Both the position numbers and the translations under genes were made by a program. The notes beneath the pieces were generated by a model that saw nothing but the letters and a program-made list of their open reading frames with translations, ran no database searches and was not told where the DNA came from. This document shows, piece by piece, positions 29,781-37,996 of a stretch of DNA of 45,244 nt (within the stretch, counting starts at the first letter, position 1; every line of letters begins with the position of its first letter). Source of the DNA: Deltaproteobacteria bacterium (lineage in GTDB: Bacteria; Myxococcota_A; Polyangia; Polyangiales; Houyiibacteriaceae); NCBI GenBank assembly GCA_041821485.1, contig JBGUEF010000001.1:1-45244 (forward strand), in the 5' to 3' direction.

Positions 29781-31394
29781 ATGCAACAAGTCATCGAAGC
29801 CATTGAGGGCGTCTACCAGCGCGCGCACGACAACGTGAAAGCGCTCGTCACCGAAGGGGACCGGATCAGCGCGAAGAAGCTGAACGAGAACCAACTCGCT
29901 GCGCACGCCGTTGCATACCTGGCAACCGAGCTCGAAGCGTGCCGGCAGATGGCTGCGTGGGCCGAACGGGTCGGCGGAGACTACGAAGACAAGGTCGCCC
30001 GGGCGTACATCGGTGAGGTGGCGCGCGCGATCGTCGGCGGAGTCGACCTCGGCGCGTGTGAGAACATCGGCCTCGGCGAGCTCGGTATCACCGAAGCAGA
30101 CCTGCGGGACACCGTGCTTCGACCGGAGGTCGTCGCGTTTTCCACAGAGCACGCTAGTGGCCAGGTTTACCTCGAGCTCGCTGCACATGCGCGGGATCAC
30201 GGGTTCCCGAACCCGGGGTTCGAGGACGAAATGCTCGACGAGATTCGCTCACAGTTCTCGAAGTTCGTCGACGCAGAGGTCCTTCCCCAGGCGCAAGAGA
30301 TCCACCGCAACGATGCGTTGATCCCGATGGGCATCGTCGACCAGATGAGCGAGCTCGGCGTATTCGGGCTCACGATCCCCGAGGAATACGACGGGCTCGG
30401 GATGAGCAAGGTCGCGATGTGCGTCGTCACCGAGGAACTGTCGCGCGGCTACATTGGCGTGGGTTCGCTCGGCACTCGCTCAGAAATTGCCGCAGAGCTG
30501 ATCATGGGTGGCGGCACCGAGGAACAGAAGAAGAATTGGCTCCCGAGGCTCGCTGCCGGAGAAGTGCTGTCAACCGCCGTCTTCACGGAACCAAACATCG
30601 GCTCGGATCTCGCGCACCTCGGCACGCGGGCCGTTAAGCAGGACGATGGCAGCTACGTGATCAACGGGCAGAAAACATGGATCACGCACGCGGCCCGCGC
30701 GGACTTGATGACTGTCCTCGCGCGCACCAATGCGAGCGAGCCAGGCTACCGTGGCCTGTCGATGTTCCTTGCCGAGAAGACGCGCCGGAGCCGCGACGAA
30801 GGCGAAACCGAGTTCGTCGACGAAGGACTCACCGGGACCGAGATCAAGGTGCTCGGCTATCGCGGCATGGGGGAATACGAGCTGAGCTTCGAGGACTTCA
30901 AGCTCCCGGCGGACTCGCTGCTGGGCGGCGAAGAAGGCGCGGGCTTCAAGCAGCTCATGCGCACCTTCGAGAGCGCGCGGATTCAAACGGCCGCGCGCGG
31001 CGTGGGCGTGGCGCAAGCGGCCCTCGAAGATGCGATCCTCTACGCCACCGAACGCGAGCAATTTGGCGGGCCGATCTTTCAGTTCCCCCGCGTCGCTCGA
31101 AAAATCGGCCGCATGGTCGTGCGCATCCAAGCCGGCCGGCAGATGACGTATTTCAGCGCTCGTGAGAAAGACCAGGAGAAGCGCTGTGACCTTCAGGCAG
31201 GCATGGCGAAGCTTCTGGCGACCCGCTGCGCATGGGAAGCCGCGGACGCGAACGTCCAGATTCACGGCGGAAACGGGTACGCGGAAGAGTACACCGCATC
31301 TCGCTTGTTGGTGGACGCGCGAGTTCTCAGCCTCTTCGAGGGCGCCAACGAGATTCAGGCACACGTCGTCGCACGCAGGCTTCTCGAAAGCTGA
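29781..31394 (+). CDS. mcd: acyl-CoA dehydrogenase with about 170-aa N-terminal extension, probable (2S)-methylsuccinyl-CoA dehydrogenase
   Basis: 537 aa. An AGGAG sits 5 nt upstream of the ATG. The ACAD core has TEPNIGSDL, NGQKTWITHA, ERVQFG-like EREQFGGPI and GGNGYAEEY. The long N-terminal extension and the position next to ccr/ecm fit Mcd of the ethylmalonyl-CoA pathway. Confidence 0.75.
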   Translation: MQQVIEAIEGVYQRAHDNVKALVTEGDRISAKKLNENQLAAHAVAYLATELEACRQMAAWAERVGGDYEDKVARAYIGEVARAIVGGVDLGACENIGLGELGITEADLRDTVLRPEVVAFSTEHASGQVYLELAAHARDHGFPNPGFEDEMLDEIRSQFSKFVDAEVLPQAQEIHRNDALIPMGIVDQMSELGVFGLTIPEEYDGLGMSKVAMCVVTEELSRGYIGVGSLGTRSEIAAELIMGGGTEEQKKNWLPRLAAGEVLSTAVFTEPNIGSDLAHLGTRAVKQDDGSYVINGQKTWITHAARADLMTVLARTNASEPGYRGLSMFLAEKTRRSRDEGETEFVDEGLTGTEIKVLGYRGMGEYELSFEDFKLPADSLLGGEEGAGFKQLMRTFESARIQTAARGVGVAQAALEDAILYATEREQFGGPIFQFPRVARKIGRMVVRIQAGRQMTYFSAREKDQEKRCDLQAGMAKLLATRCAWEAADANVQIHGGNGYAEEYTASRLLVDARVLSLFEGANEIQAHVVARRLLES

Positions 31395-31404
31395 CGCACC
31401 GGCC

Positions 31405-33162
31405 ATGAGCGGCCATACTGCCCCCGAGATGGGCCCGGATCGCGTCGGCGGCAGGCAGAGGCCGATTCGCATCGCCTTTGCCGTAGTGCTCGCGCTGCAG
31501 GTCTTCTTGGCCGTGTGGGGCGTCGCCGATCAATGGACTCGCGGCCACAACGGCTGGAACGGTGCCGCGTATCACAACGCCGCGCGCAACACCTTGCGCT
31601 GGGACGTGCTGTTCCCGCTTCAGTACGAGACCGCCAACGTTCCCCCAAAGACGGAGCAGCTCTACACGCACGCACCGCTCGCGCTCCACCTGCACAACGT
31701 GGCCAGCGTGAAGCTCTTCGGCGATCGCGAGCTCTCGATCCGTCTGGTCGCGGGCTTCTGGAGTGTGGCGGCGCTCTGCATGCTGTTCGCCGTAGTGAGG
31801 CGCCTCTGGGACGACGCCCACGCCCTCGCCGCCTCCGCAATCTACGTTGCCCTCCCGATCAACGCGATCTACACCAACATGGCCAACCACTCGGCCGGCT
31901 TCATCTTCTGGTCGCTACTCACCCTCTACCTCTACATCCGCTCAACCCGCGCCCCCCCCTGGAGTGTTCGAGACTTCGCCTTCTTCCTCGCCGCGTTCAC
32001 CATCGCCGCCACCTGGGACTGGCCCGCCTACTACATCGCCGCCTGCATAGCCCTCCACTGGACCCACACCGTCTCAAAAAAAGGGGACAGTCCCCTTTTT
32101 GAAAGGGTTAACCCTTCTGAAAAGGGGACTGTCCCCTTTTTGTACCTGGGGGTGTTTTGCGGCTGGGTGGCGCTGTTGTTTGTGGGGCATTTCGTTTTGG
32201 TCGAGCTGCTTACCGGGAATGTCGATGATTTGAGGGAAGCGTTCAATGCTCGGCGTGCGCTTTCCTGGGCCCGGTTTCGGACGCATTTGCTGGTGGTGCC
32301 CGAGCTGATGTTTACGGTGCCTGTTCTTGGGCTTTGCGTCGCCTGGGTGGCGGCATGGGCCGTTCGCGCGGTCCGCGGGACGGCGCGGGCGCGTGATCTG
32401 ATTCCCGTCGCGTTCCTGGTCGCTGGGTTGATTCACTACTGGACCTTTCGTTGGAGCGCGATCGTCCATTCGTACTGGGCATGGCCGATGCTGCCCGCCG
32501 TGGCGATCGCCGTTCCTGTGTCCCTCTTCGCGATGGCGCGCTGGATTCGCGAGCGTGCAGGGATCGCTGCGAGCTTCAGTGTGTTGCTCTTACTCGTTCC
32601 ACTGGCGATCCGGGTCCTTGATCTCGTTCCCGAAGGACGCTACGTCGGCGGCTCGATGTGGTTTTTCACTCCGGTTCGGGGCGCGATGGACACCTACGAC
32701 TCAGGGAGACCGGAGCTCCGCTTTGCCGAGCGCGTCAAGGCGTGGACCGACCGCGATACGGGGGTGCAACTGCACACTAGCCTCAAGCACTTTCGCCTGG
32801 AGCCTCGGTTCGACATCACCCTCGACCGAGTGACCCATCGCTGGTCGCAGAACCCGCGCGTCCAGATCTCAAACCATCAGGGAGCCACGGGGTGGGTCTT
32901 CGTCGCAGCTCTCGATGCCTTCCCCGAAGAGCAGCGCGCAGCATTCGCATCCCGCCATCCGTATCGTCAGTTCGGCAACTATTTCATGCTGGACCTACGC
33001 AGGGAGGCTCGCGACATCGAGGCGTGGGGCCTGACGCCCGTCGAGGCCACTCCTCGATGGTGGCTCTTTCACTCTTCCTTCGAACCCCCGATGAGAGCGA
33101 CACGGCTCGTCGCAGCGGAGCAATCCCTGGACGAGAAGGTCGCGGAGCTCGATGCCCCGTAG
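31405..33162 (+). CDS. GT-C fold membrane glycosyltransferase-like protein (ArnT/PMT_2-like) carrying an in-frame palindromic repeat insertion
   Basis: 585 aa from the ATG 10 nt after the mcd stop. It is multi-TM. THAPLALHLHNVASVKLFGDRELSIRLVAGFWSVAALCMLFAVVRRLW matches the hPPL...FG.sE.a.RL pattern of the ArnT/PMT_2 families. The C-terminal soluble domain is about 170 aa. Residues SKKGDSPLFERVNPSEKGTVPFL come from the repeat at 32076-32141. Confidence 0.6.
   Translation: MSGHTAPEMGPDRVGGRQRPIRIAFAVVLALQVFLAVWGVADQWTRGHNGWNGAAYHNAARNTLRWDVLFPLQYETANVPPKTEQLYTHAPLALHLHNVASVKLFGDRELSIRLVAGFWSVAALCMLFAVVRRLWDDAHALAASAIYVALPINAIYTNMANHSAGFIFWSLLTLYLYIRSTRAPPWSVRDFAFFLAAFTIAATWDWPAYYIAACIALHWTHTVSKKGDSPLFERVNPSEKGTVPFLYLGVFCGWVALLFVGHFVLVELLTGNVDDLREAFNARRALSWARFRTHLLVVPELMFTVPVLGLCVAWVAAWAVRAVRGTARARDLIPVAFLVAGLIHYWTFRWSAIVHSYWAWPMLPAVAIAVPVSLFAMARWIRERAGIAASFSVLLLLVPLAIRVLDLVPEGRYVGGSMWFFTPVRGAMDTYDSGRPELRFAERVKAWTDRDTGVQLHTSLKHFRLEPRFDITLDRVTHRWSQNPRVQISNHQGATGWVFVAALDAFPEEQRAAFASRHPYRQFGNYFMLDLRREARDIEAWGLTPVEATPRWWLFHSSFEPPMRATRLVAAEQSLDEKVAELDAP
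32076..32141. repeat. 66-nt near-perfect palindromic element (two inverted hairpins around GGGTTAACCC), intragenic and in-frame
   Basis: Sequence is AAAAAAAGGGGACAGTCCCCTTTTT GAAA GGGTTAACCC TTCTG AAAAGGGGACTGTCCCCTTTTT. GC is 44% (29/66) in a roughly 65% GC window. A related half copy lies at 275-306. Confidence 0.8.
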
Positions 33163-35149
33163 ACAGCTCGCGCCCATCCTGACTTTGTGGGCCTCGGCCT
33201 ATCTCGGATGCGTTCTGTTCCTGCTCGCGAACCTATCACCCCAAGAGTCCGTCCCAACGGCCCTCCTCGGCGAATTGTCGTGGCTCGCGCTCATGGGGTC
33301 GATCCCTACGACACTGGTATTGGGCGCGGCTTTTCGGGCGGCGCGCTCGCCACGGGCTGTGATCGCGGCGTCCACGCTGGCCGTCATTGTGTTCGGAGTG
33401 GCCATCGGCTGGGAGCACACCGACTTCCTGCTTGCGGGGCCGCAGTGGACACGTCACCCGCAGCGCCAGCTGTTTCGGGTCGCGATGGCCTCAGCGTTCG
33501 GACTGCTTGCCGCAGGGGGCTGGCTCTGGCTCATCCTGGGCGCGCGCACTCGGGACCGACGATGGACTGCGGCTTGGATGACGTTCACCGTGCTCGCAGT
33601 CGCGCTGCTGATGGCCACCATCGTGCTCTACCGAGCGTACGACTATTCCATGGCGCAGCTGGTCTTCCCGGCGGGCCTTCTTTCGGGCGCGGTGGTGTAC
33701 CTAATGGCTCGCGGGTCTCGGCTCGGGCTCGTCATCTTGGGCGCTGCCGCCGCATGCCTGCTCTTTGGACTCGGATCTCGTCTCGATCCCGCACTCGTAG
33801 CAACCGGTAAGCGCGAATTGATGGTACACAGCCGAGCGGGAGCGCTGGCGACGCTCTACGTGCTCCCTCACTTCCGGCGCGAGGACAGCTGGTCTACCGC
33901 CGGTAAGGCATGCCCCAAGCCCAGACCCGTGATGGATCGGTCTCCAATCGGCATCGAGCCAAACGGACGGCGAAACGTGATCATCGTCACGGTCGATGCC
34001 CTTCGAAAGGACGTCGTGGGCATGCAAGCAGACGGGCGCCCGGTGATGCCAGAGCTGGCGCAACTCGCGAAAGCTGGCGTGTCCTTCACGAGCGCCACAT
34101 CGACGTATCCCGCGACGCTGTTCGCCATGGGCAGCGCGTTCACCGGCCTGAGCCCGGCGGAGCTCTATCTCTCTCCCGCACTGCCCGACACGATCTTCAC
34201 ACGCTCCCGCACCCTAGTCGACCGCCAGGTCGCGGTTCTTCCCGACGTCACCTGGTTTCGTCTTCCGATCGTCGGGGAGTTGCTCGCGTCCGGCGTCGAG
34301 ACCGAGTTCGCCGGCACAGACCCCGCTGCCACCGATGCCCTCATCGCGCGTCTCCGAGCCGCACGTGAAGACGACGCCTCGATCATGGCGTGGGTCCACT
34401 ACTACGCGCCACACGACCCCTACCGACATCACCGAGAGTTCCTCTTCGGAAAGGGCCCCAAGAACGCTTACCTGAGCGAAGTGGCGTACTTCGACCGAGA
34501 GCTCGGGCGTTTGATGCGGTACTTGAATGACGATGGCTGGCTCGAGGATACGCTGGTCGTATTCTTTTCGGACCACGGCGAGGCCTTGGGAGAACAGTCC
34601 TATTGGGGACACCACGTGTACCTGAACGGTTGGATGATCGACGTCCCGCTCGTGCTCTGGCACGCCAGCCTCTCTTCTTCTGAACCACGGGTTGGCGTCA
34701 GTCTTGCGGACGTTGCCCCGACCGTCCTGCACTTCCTTGGGTTGCCTATCCCGTCGGATATCGCCGCCAAGAGCCTTTTCACCCTGCACCCAAACCTGCC
34801 GGACCGGCCGTCCTTTTCCGAGGCCTTTCCGGTGCGCGGCCGCGAGCTTTTCGATAGCTTCCGCCTGTCCGCACTCGATGACGCATCGATTCGGGCCAGG
34901 ATCCGCGGTATTCGAGCGGCGAGCAAAGGATACGAGCCCAAGGGAGCGATCAGCCGCGGCCGCTATCGACTGATCCATCATCGAGGCGCTGACACGACGC
35001 TGGTCTACGACCTCGAAGCCGGTCCGAACCAGCACCTCGATGACGGGACCGCGAGCCGGGAAGCCGGCAAGCTCCTGCAAAGCGAGCTCGAGCGATGGGA
35101 GCAGGAGCAGATGCAACGCATCCAGTGCCGTCTCCAACTCAGCGAGTAG
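33152..35149 (+). CDS. membrane-anchored alkaline-phosphatase-superfamily (sulfatase-like) transferase/hydrolase
   Basis: N-terminal region of about 240 aa is multi-TM, followed by a sulfatase fold: NVIIVTVDALRKD, SATSTYPATLFAMGSAFTG, VHYYAPHDPY, FFSDHGEALGE. The position of the Cys/Ser-x-Pro-x-Arg formylglycine motif reads T-Y-P-A-T. This suggests a Thr nucleophile as in EptA/LtaS-type phosphotransferases rather than a true sulfatase. The ATG overlaps the upstream stop by 11 nt. Confidence 0.7.
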   Translation: MPRRQLAPILTLWASAYLGCVLFLLANLSPQESVPTALLGELSWLALMGSIPTTLVLGAAFRAARSPRAVIAASTLAVIVFGVAIGWEHTDFLLAGPQWTRHPQRQLFRVAMASAFGLLAAGGWLWLILGARTRDRRWTAAWMTFTVLAVALLMATIVLYRAYDYSMAQLVFPAGLLSGAVVYLMARGSRLGLVILGAAAACLLFGLGSRLDPALVATGKRELMVHSRAGALATLYVLPHFRREDSWSTAGKACPKPRPVMDRSPIGIEPNGRRNVIIVTVDALRKDVVGMQADGRPVMPELAQLAKAGVSFTSATSTYPATLFAMGSAFTGLSPAELYLSPALPDTIFTRSRTLVDRQVAVLPDVTWFRLPIVGELLASGVETEFAGTDPAATDALIARLRAAREDDASIMAWVHYYAPHDPYRHHREFLFGKGPKNAYLSEVAYFDRELGRLMRYLNDDGWLEDTLVVFFSDHGEALGEQSYWGHHVYLNGWMIDVPLVLWHASLSSSEPRVGVSLADVAPTVLHFLGLPIPSDIAAKSLFTLHPNLPDRPSFSEAFPVRGRELFDSFRLSALDDASIRARIRGIRAASKGYEPKGAISRGRYRLIHHRGADTTLVYDLEAGPNQHLDDGTASREAGKLLQSELERWEQEQMQRIQCRLQLSE

Positions 35150-37310
35150 CGGCCGACGAGACCTCGTCCTGAATGACCGTCACCCTGGGCGCAGTCACGG
35201 GGCCGCTCGTCATCGAGAGCCGCGCCTCGTGGAATTGAATCGCCGCTACATCACCCGACACCGTCGTCGCGTACAGCTGAACCACCAGCTGGCTCGCGTC
35301 GTGCGGGACCTCGATCTCGTAGCTCAGGCGCCACCGCTCCCCTGCCTGGACCTCAATGCCCTTGCGCAGGAACTGTTCGTAGCCGCCGAGGAAGACGTCC
35401 TGGTGAAAATCGATCGTGGCCTGGTCGCCGGAAACCTCGAGGTCGAGGTCGACGCGGAGGACCGTGCCGGCCGGAACGCGCAGATACTGTCCGCCTATCA
35501 GAAGCTTCTTGCCCCCCTCGGCCGGCACCGAGATCTCCTCCTCGGTCAAGAGGTCGATCACCCCTACCTCGGTCATGTCTCCTCGGCCGGAGCGCGTCAG
35601 TCGGGCGACCTCGGCCAGCAGCTGCCGCTCGAGAGGCGATGCCGGCTCGCTCCGCCTCTTCGGACCGAACAGCAACTCTTCCTCGGGGACCGAACGCACG
35701 CAATTGTGAAACGACTCGCCGCAGACGACGGCGGTGCCCAAAGGGTCCCACATGATCACGCTTCTCGCATAGGTGTTGCCCGCGAACAGGTGACGCGAGG
35801 CCTCGTAGTCACGGAACCAACTCCGCCCGATGAAACTACGCTCCTGCCGTTCCATGCCGAGAAGGTCCGTCACCGACAGGGCGGTATCGACGTGCGCGAA
35901 CAGCGTATCGATCCGTTTCACCCGCGGCTCGGGCAGCATCACGACGACAAACGACCAGCTCTGGGAGAGCAGCCTCTGGGTCGCGCTCGCCGCCTGCGCC
36001 AGCCCTGCGGACTCGTCGGAGGTGATGATCACGACCGTGTCACGAAGCACCCCGCGTTCTTCGAGCTCTGCCAGGAACTCGGCGAGGGCGTCGTCGGCCC
36101 ACCGGAAAGCCCGCTCCTGCCGGCTCCGCGCTCCTTCGGCGATCGCGGTATCCGGGAAGGTGAAAGGATGATGCGTGCCGACGGTCAGCAGCGTCGCAAA
36201 GAACGGCCTCTCTGCGTCGTGAAGCTCGAGCACTCGACCAAGCGACTGCTCGAAGAACGCCTTGTCGTCCACGCCCCAATCGGTGCGAGCATAGCTCCGC
36301 TCAAACCAGGGATCGCCAATCAGCTCGTCGAAGCCCGCCTTCTTCATGAACTGGTCCTTCAGCATGAAGCCGAGCGGCGCCGATTGAATGTACGCCGTCG
36401 CATACCCTTCGTCGCGAAGGGCCTCGGGAAGGCATCGGCGCGCGGCCCCGTAGACCTGCTCGCTCATCTTGGACTGGTCGGTCAGGAGCTTCGGATAGTC
36501 CCCGCACAGAATCCCGTACTCGCCACGGTTGGTCTGCCTCTGATGAGAGATGACGCGCGTGAAAAGGATGTGACGCTGAGCGAGCGCGTCCAGCTTGGGC
36601 ATCGTGGTCGCGCTCTGGACACCCTGCGCAGTGGCCACGGAAGGGAGGTGCGCGCCGGAGGCTGCTTCGATCATGATGAGAAGAACGTTGGGTCTTCCGG
36701 TGAGCGGCCCGGCCCATCGCTGGCCACGAAGGTCACCCCGGAAGACGTCCCGCAAGTCGGCGCGGAACGAGACCGGCCCCGGCCCCAGCGAGGCGGGAAG
36801 GATCGACAGGTTGGCGTGAATCGCGTGCCGTTGGCGCCACTCATCGTGCCCAGGGGACATCGGAATGAGCACCTGCGCGAGCGCGCAAGCGGCCAACGCT
36901 ACCCCCCAGCCTCGCCACCAGAGCTTGCCTGGAGCCCGGGCCCACACCCCGGCCGCGATCGCCAGGGCGGTGACCAAGGCAAGCAGGACCGGATGCCCTG
37001 CGTGCCGAACCGAGCCGCCCACGAACGTTGAATCGCCCAGGAAGGCCGCATGACTCAGCGCGTAGAGCGAATCGAAGACCGAGATGAACTCGTACATCGC
37101 AAAGCTCACCCACACGAGCGACACGACGGCCACGAGTCCGATCGCACGGCCCCACCAGCGGCCCTTTGTGAAAGAGAATCCTACGACACCCACGACCATC
37201 AAAGCGACCGAAGCGTCGCTGGTAAACCCACGCAGGTCGGTCGCTCCGAGAGAAAGGCCCTTCTCGCTCAGGAGTAAGGCACGTGTCAGCCACGGAGCTG
37301 CAAAACACAC
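35139..37310 (-). CDS. LTA-synthase/OpgB-like membrane phosphotransferase (sulfatase family)
   Basis: Five or so N-terminal TM helices. The sulfatase domain has NVLLIMIEAASG, HQRQTNRGEYGILCGDYP (compare the LtaS T-nucleophile segment), TVGTHHPF and VIITSDE. It is convergent with the previous gene and overlaps it by 11 nt. The GTG start is uncertain. Confidence 0.7.
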   Translation of the reverse strand: MCFAAPWLTRALLLSEKGLSLGATDLRGFTSDASVALMVVGVVGFSFTKGRWWGRAIGLVAVVSLVWVSFAMYEFISVFDSLYALSHAAFLGDSTFVGGSVRHAGHPVLLALVTALAIAAGVWARAPGKLWWRGWGVALAACALAQVLIPMSPGHDEWRQRHAIHANLSILPASLGPGPVSFRADLRDVFRGDLRGQRWAGPLTGRPNVLLIMIEAASGAHLPSVATAQGVQSATTMPKLDALAQRHILFTRVISHQRQTNRGEYGILCGDYPKLLTDQSKMSEQVYGAARRCLPEALRDEGYATAYIQSAPLGFMLKDQFMKKAGFDELIGDPWFERSYARTDWGVDDKAFFEQSLGRVLELHDAERPFFATLLTVGTHHPFTFPDTAIAEGARSRQERAFRWADDALAEFLAELEERGVLRDTVVIITSDESAGLAQAASATQRLLSQSWSFVVVMLPEPRVKRIDTLFAHVDTALSVTDLLGMERQERSFIGRSWFRDYEASRHLFAGNTYARSVIMWDPLGTAVVCGESFHNCVRSVPEEELLFGPKRRSEPASPLERQLLAEVARLTRSGRGDMTEVGVIDLLTEEEISVPAEGGKKLLIGGQYLRVPAGTVLRVDLDLEVSGDQATIDFHQDVFLGGYEQFLRKGIEVQAGERWRLSYEIEVPHDASQLVVQLYATTVSGDVAAIQFHEARLSMTSGPVTAPRVTVIQDEVSSAATR

Positions 37311-37378
37311 GGCGACGATGAGCCCCCAGCTCGCCCTTCCCCTCCAATCCCGGCGCTTCGCTTCGATGACGGGAAGTT

Positions 37379-37996
37379 ATGAGCTATGCAATCTCGATGG
37401 CAAAGGGTTTCGCACCTGCGGCCGAGCGCAACGGCCAACCGATCCTCGACGTGCTTCGTCGGGTGCTCCCGTCGGCAGGCCTCGTACTCGAAGTGGCAAG
37501 CGGAACTGGACAACACGTGAACTTCTTTTCGGAGCACCTCCCCGCGCTCCGATGGCAGCCGACCGATGCTTCACCGGACGCCCTGCAAAGCATCCGCGCA
37601 CGGGCCGACGAAACGGGTCGCGACAATCTCCTGCCTCCCCTCGAGCTCGACGTGCGGTCCCCTCAATGGCCCGTCGCCACGGCAGACGCCTTGCTGTGCA
37701 TCAACATGATCCACATCTCGCCGTGGGAAACGACCGAAGCTCTGTTTCGAGGAGCGAGCAAGCTGCTCGTGGGCGGGTCCCCCCTGGTCACCTACGGCCC
37801 GTATCGGCTCAGCGGCGAGCACACGGCGCCGAGCAACGCGGCATTCGACCAAAGCCTTCGCTCTCGCAACGCGCGTTGGGGCGTTCGTGATATCGATGAG
37901 CTGCGTGAGCTGGGTGAGCGAACAGGCTTTGCGCTCGCGGAACGGGTTGGCATGCCAGCCAACAACATGATTCTCATCTGGACGCGGGACGCCTAA
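37379..37996 (+). CDS. DUF938-family class I SAM-dependent methyltransferase
   Basis: APAAERNGQPILDVL, LEVASGTGQHVNFF...LRWQPTD, CINMIHISPW, TYGPYR..G.HTAPSNAAFDQSLRSRNARWGVRD and MPANNMILIW match the DUF938 signature blocks. Confidence 0.75.
   Translation: MSYAISMAKGFAPAAERNGQPILDVLRRVLPSAGLVLEVASGTGQHVNFFSEHLPALRWQPTDASPDALQSIRARADETGRDNLLPPLELDVRSPQWPVATADALLCINMIHISPWETTEALFRGASKLLVGGSPLVTYGPYRLSGEHTAPSNAAFDQSLRSRNARWGVRDIDELRELGERTGFALAERVGMPANNMILIWTRDA

Noticed and set aside
31162-31404. N-terminal 81-aa extension of the GT-C ORF
   Set aside because: It overlaps the 3' end of mcd in another frame. An ATG at 31405 lies 10 nt after the mcd stop and precedes the first TM helix.
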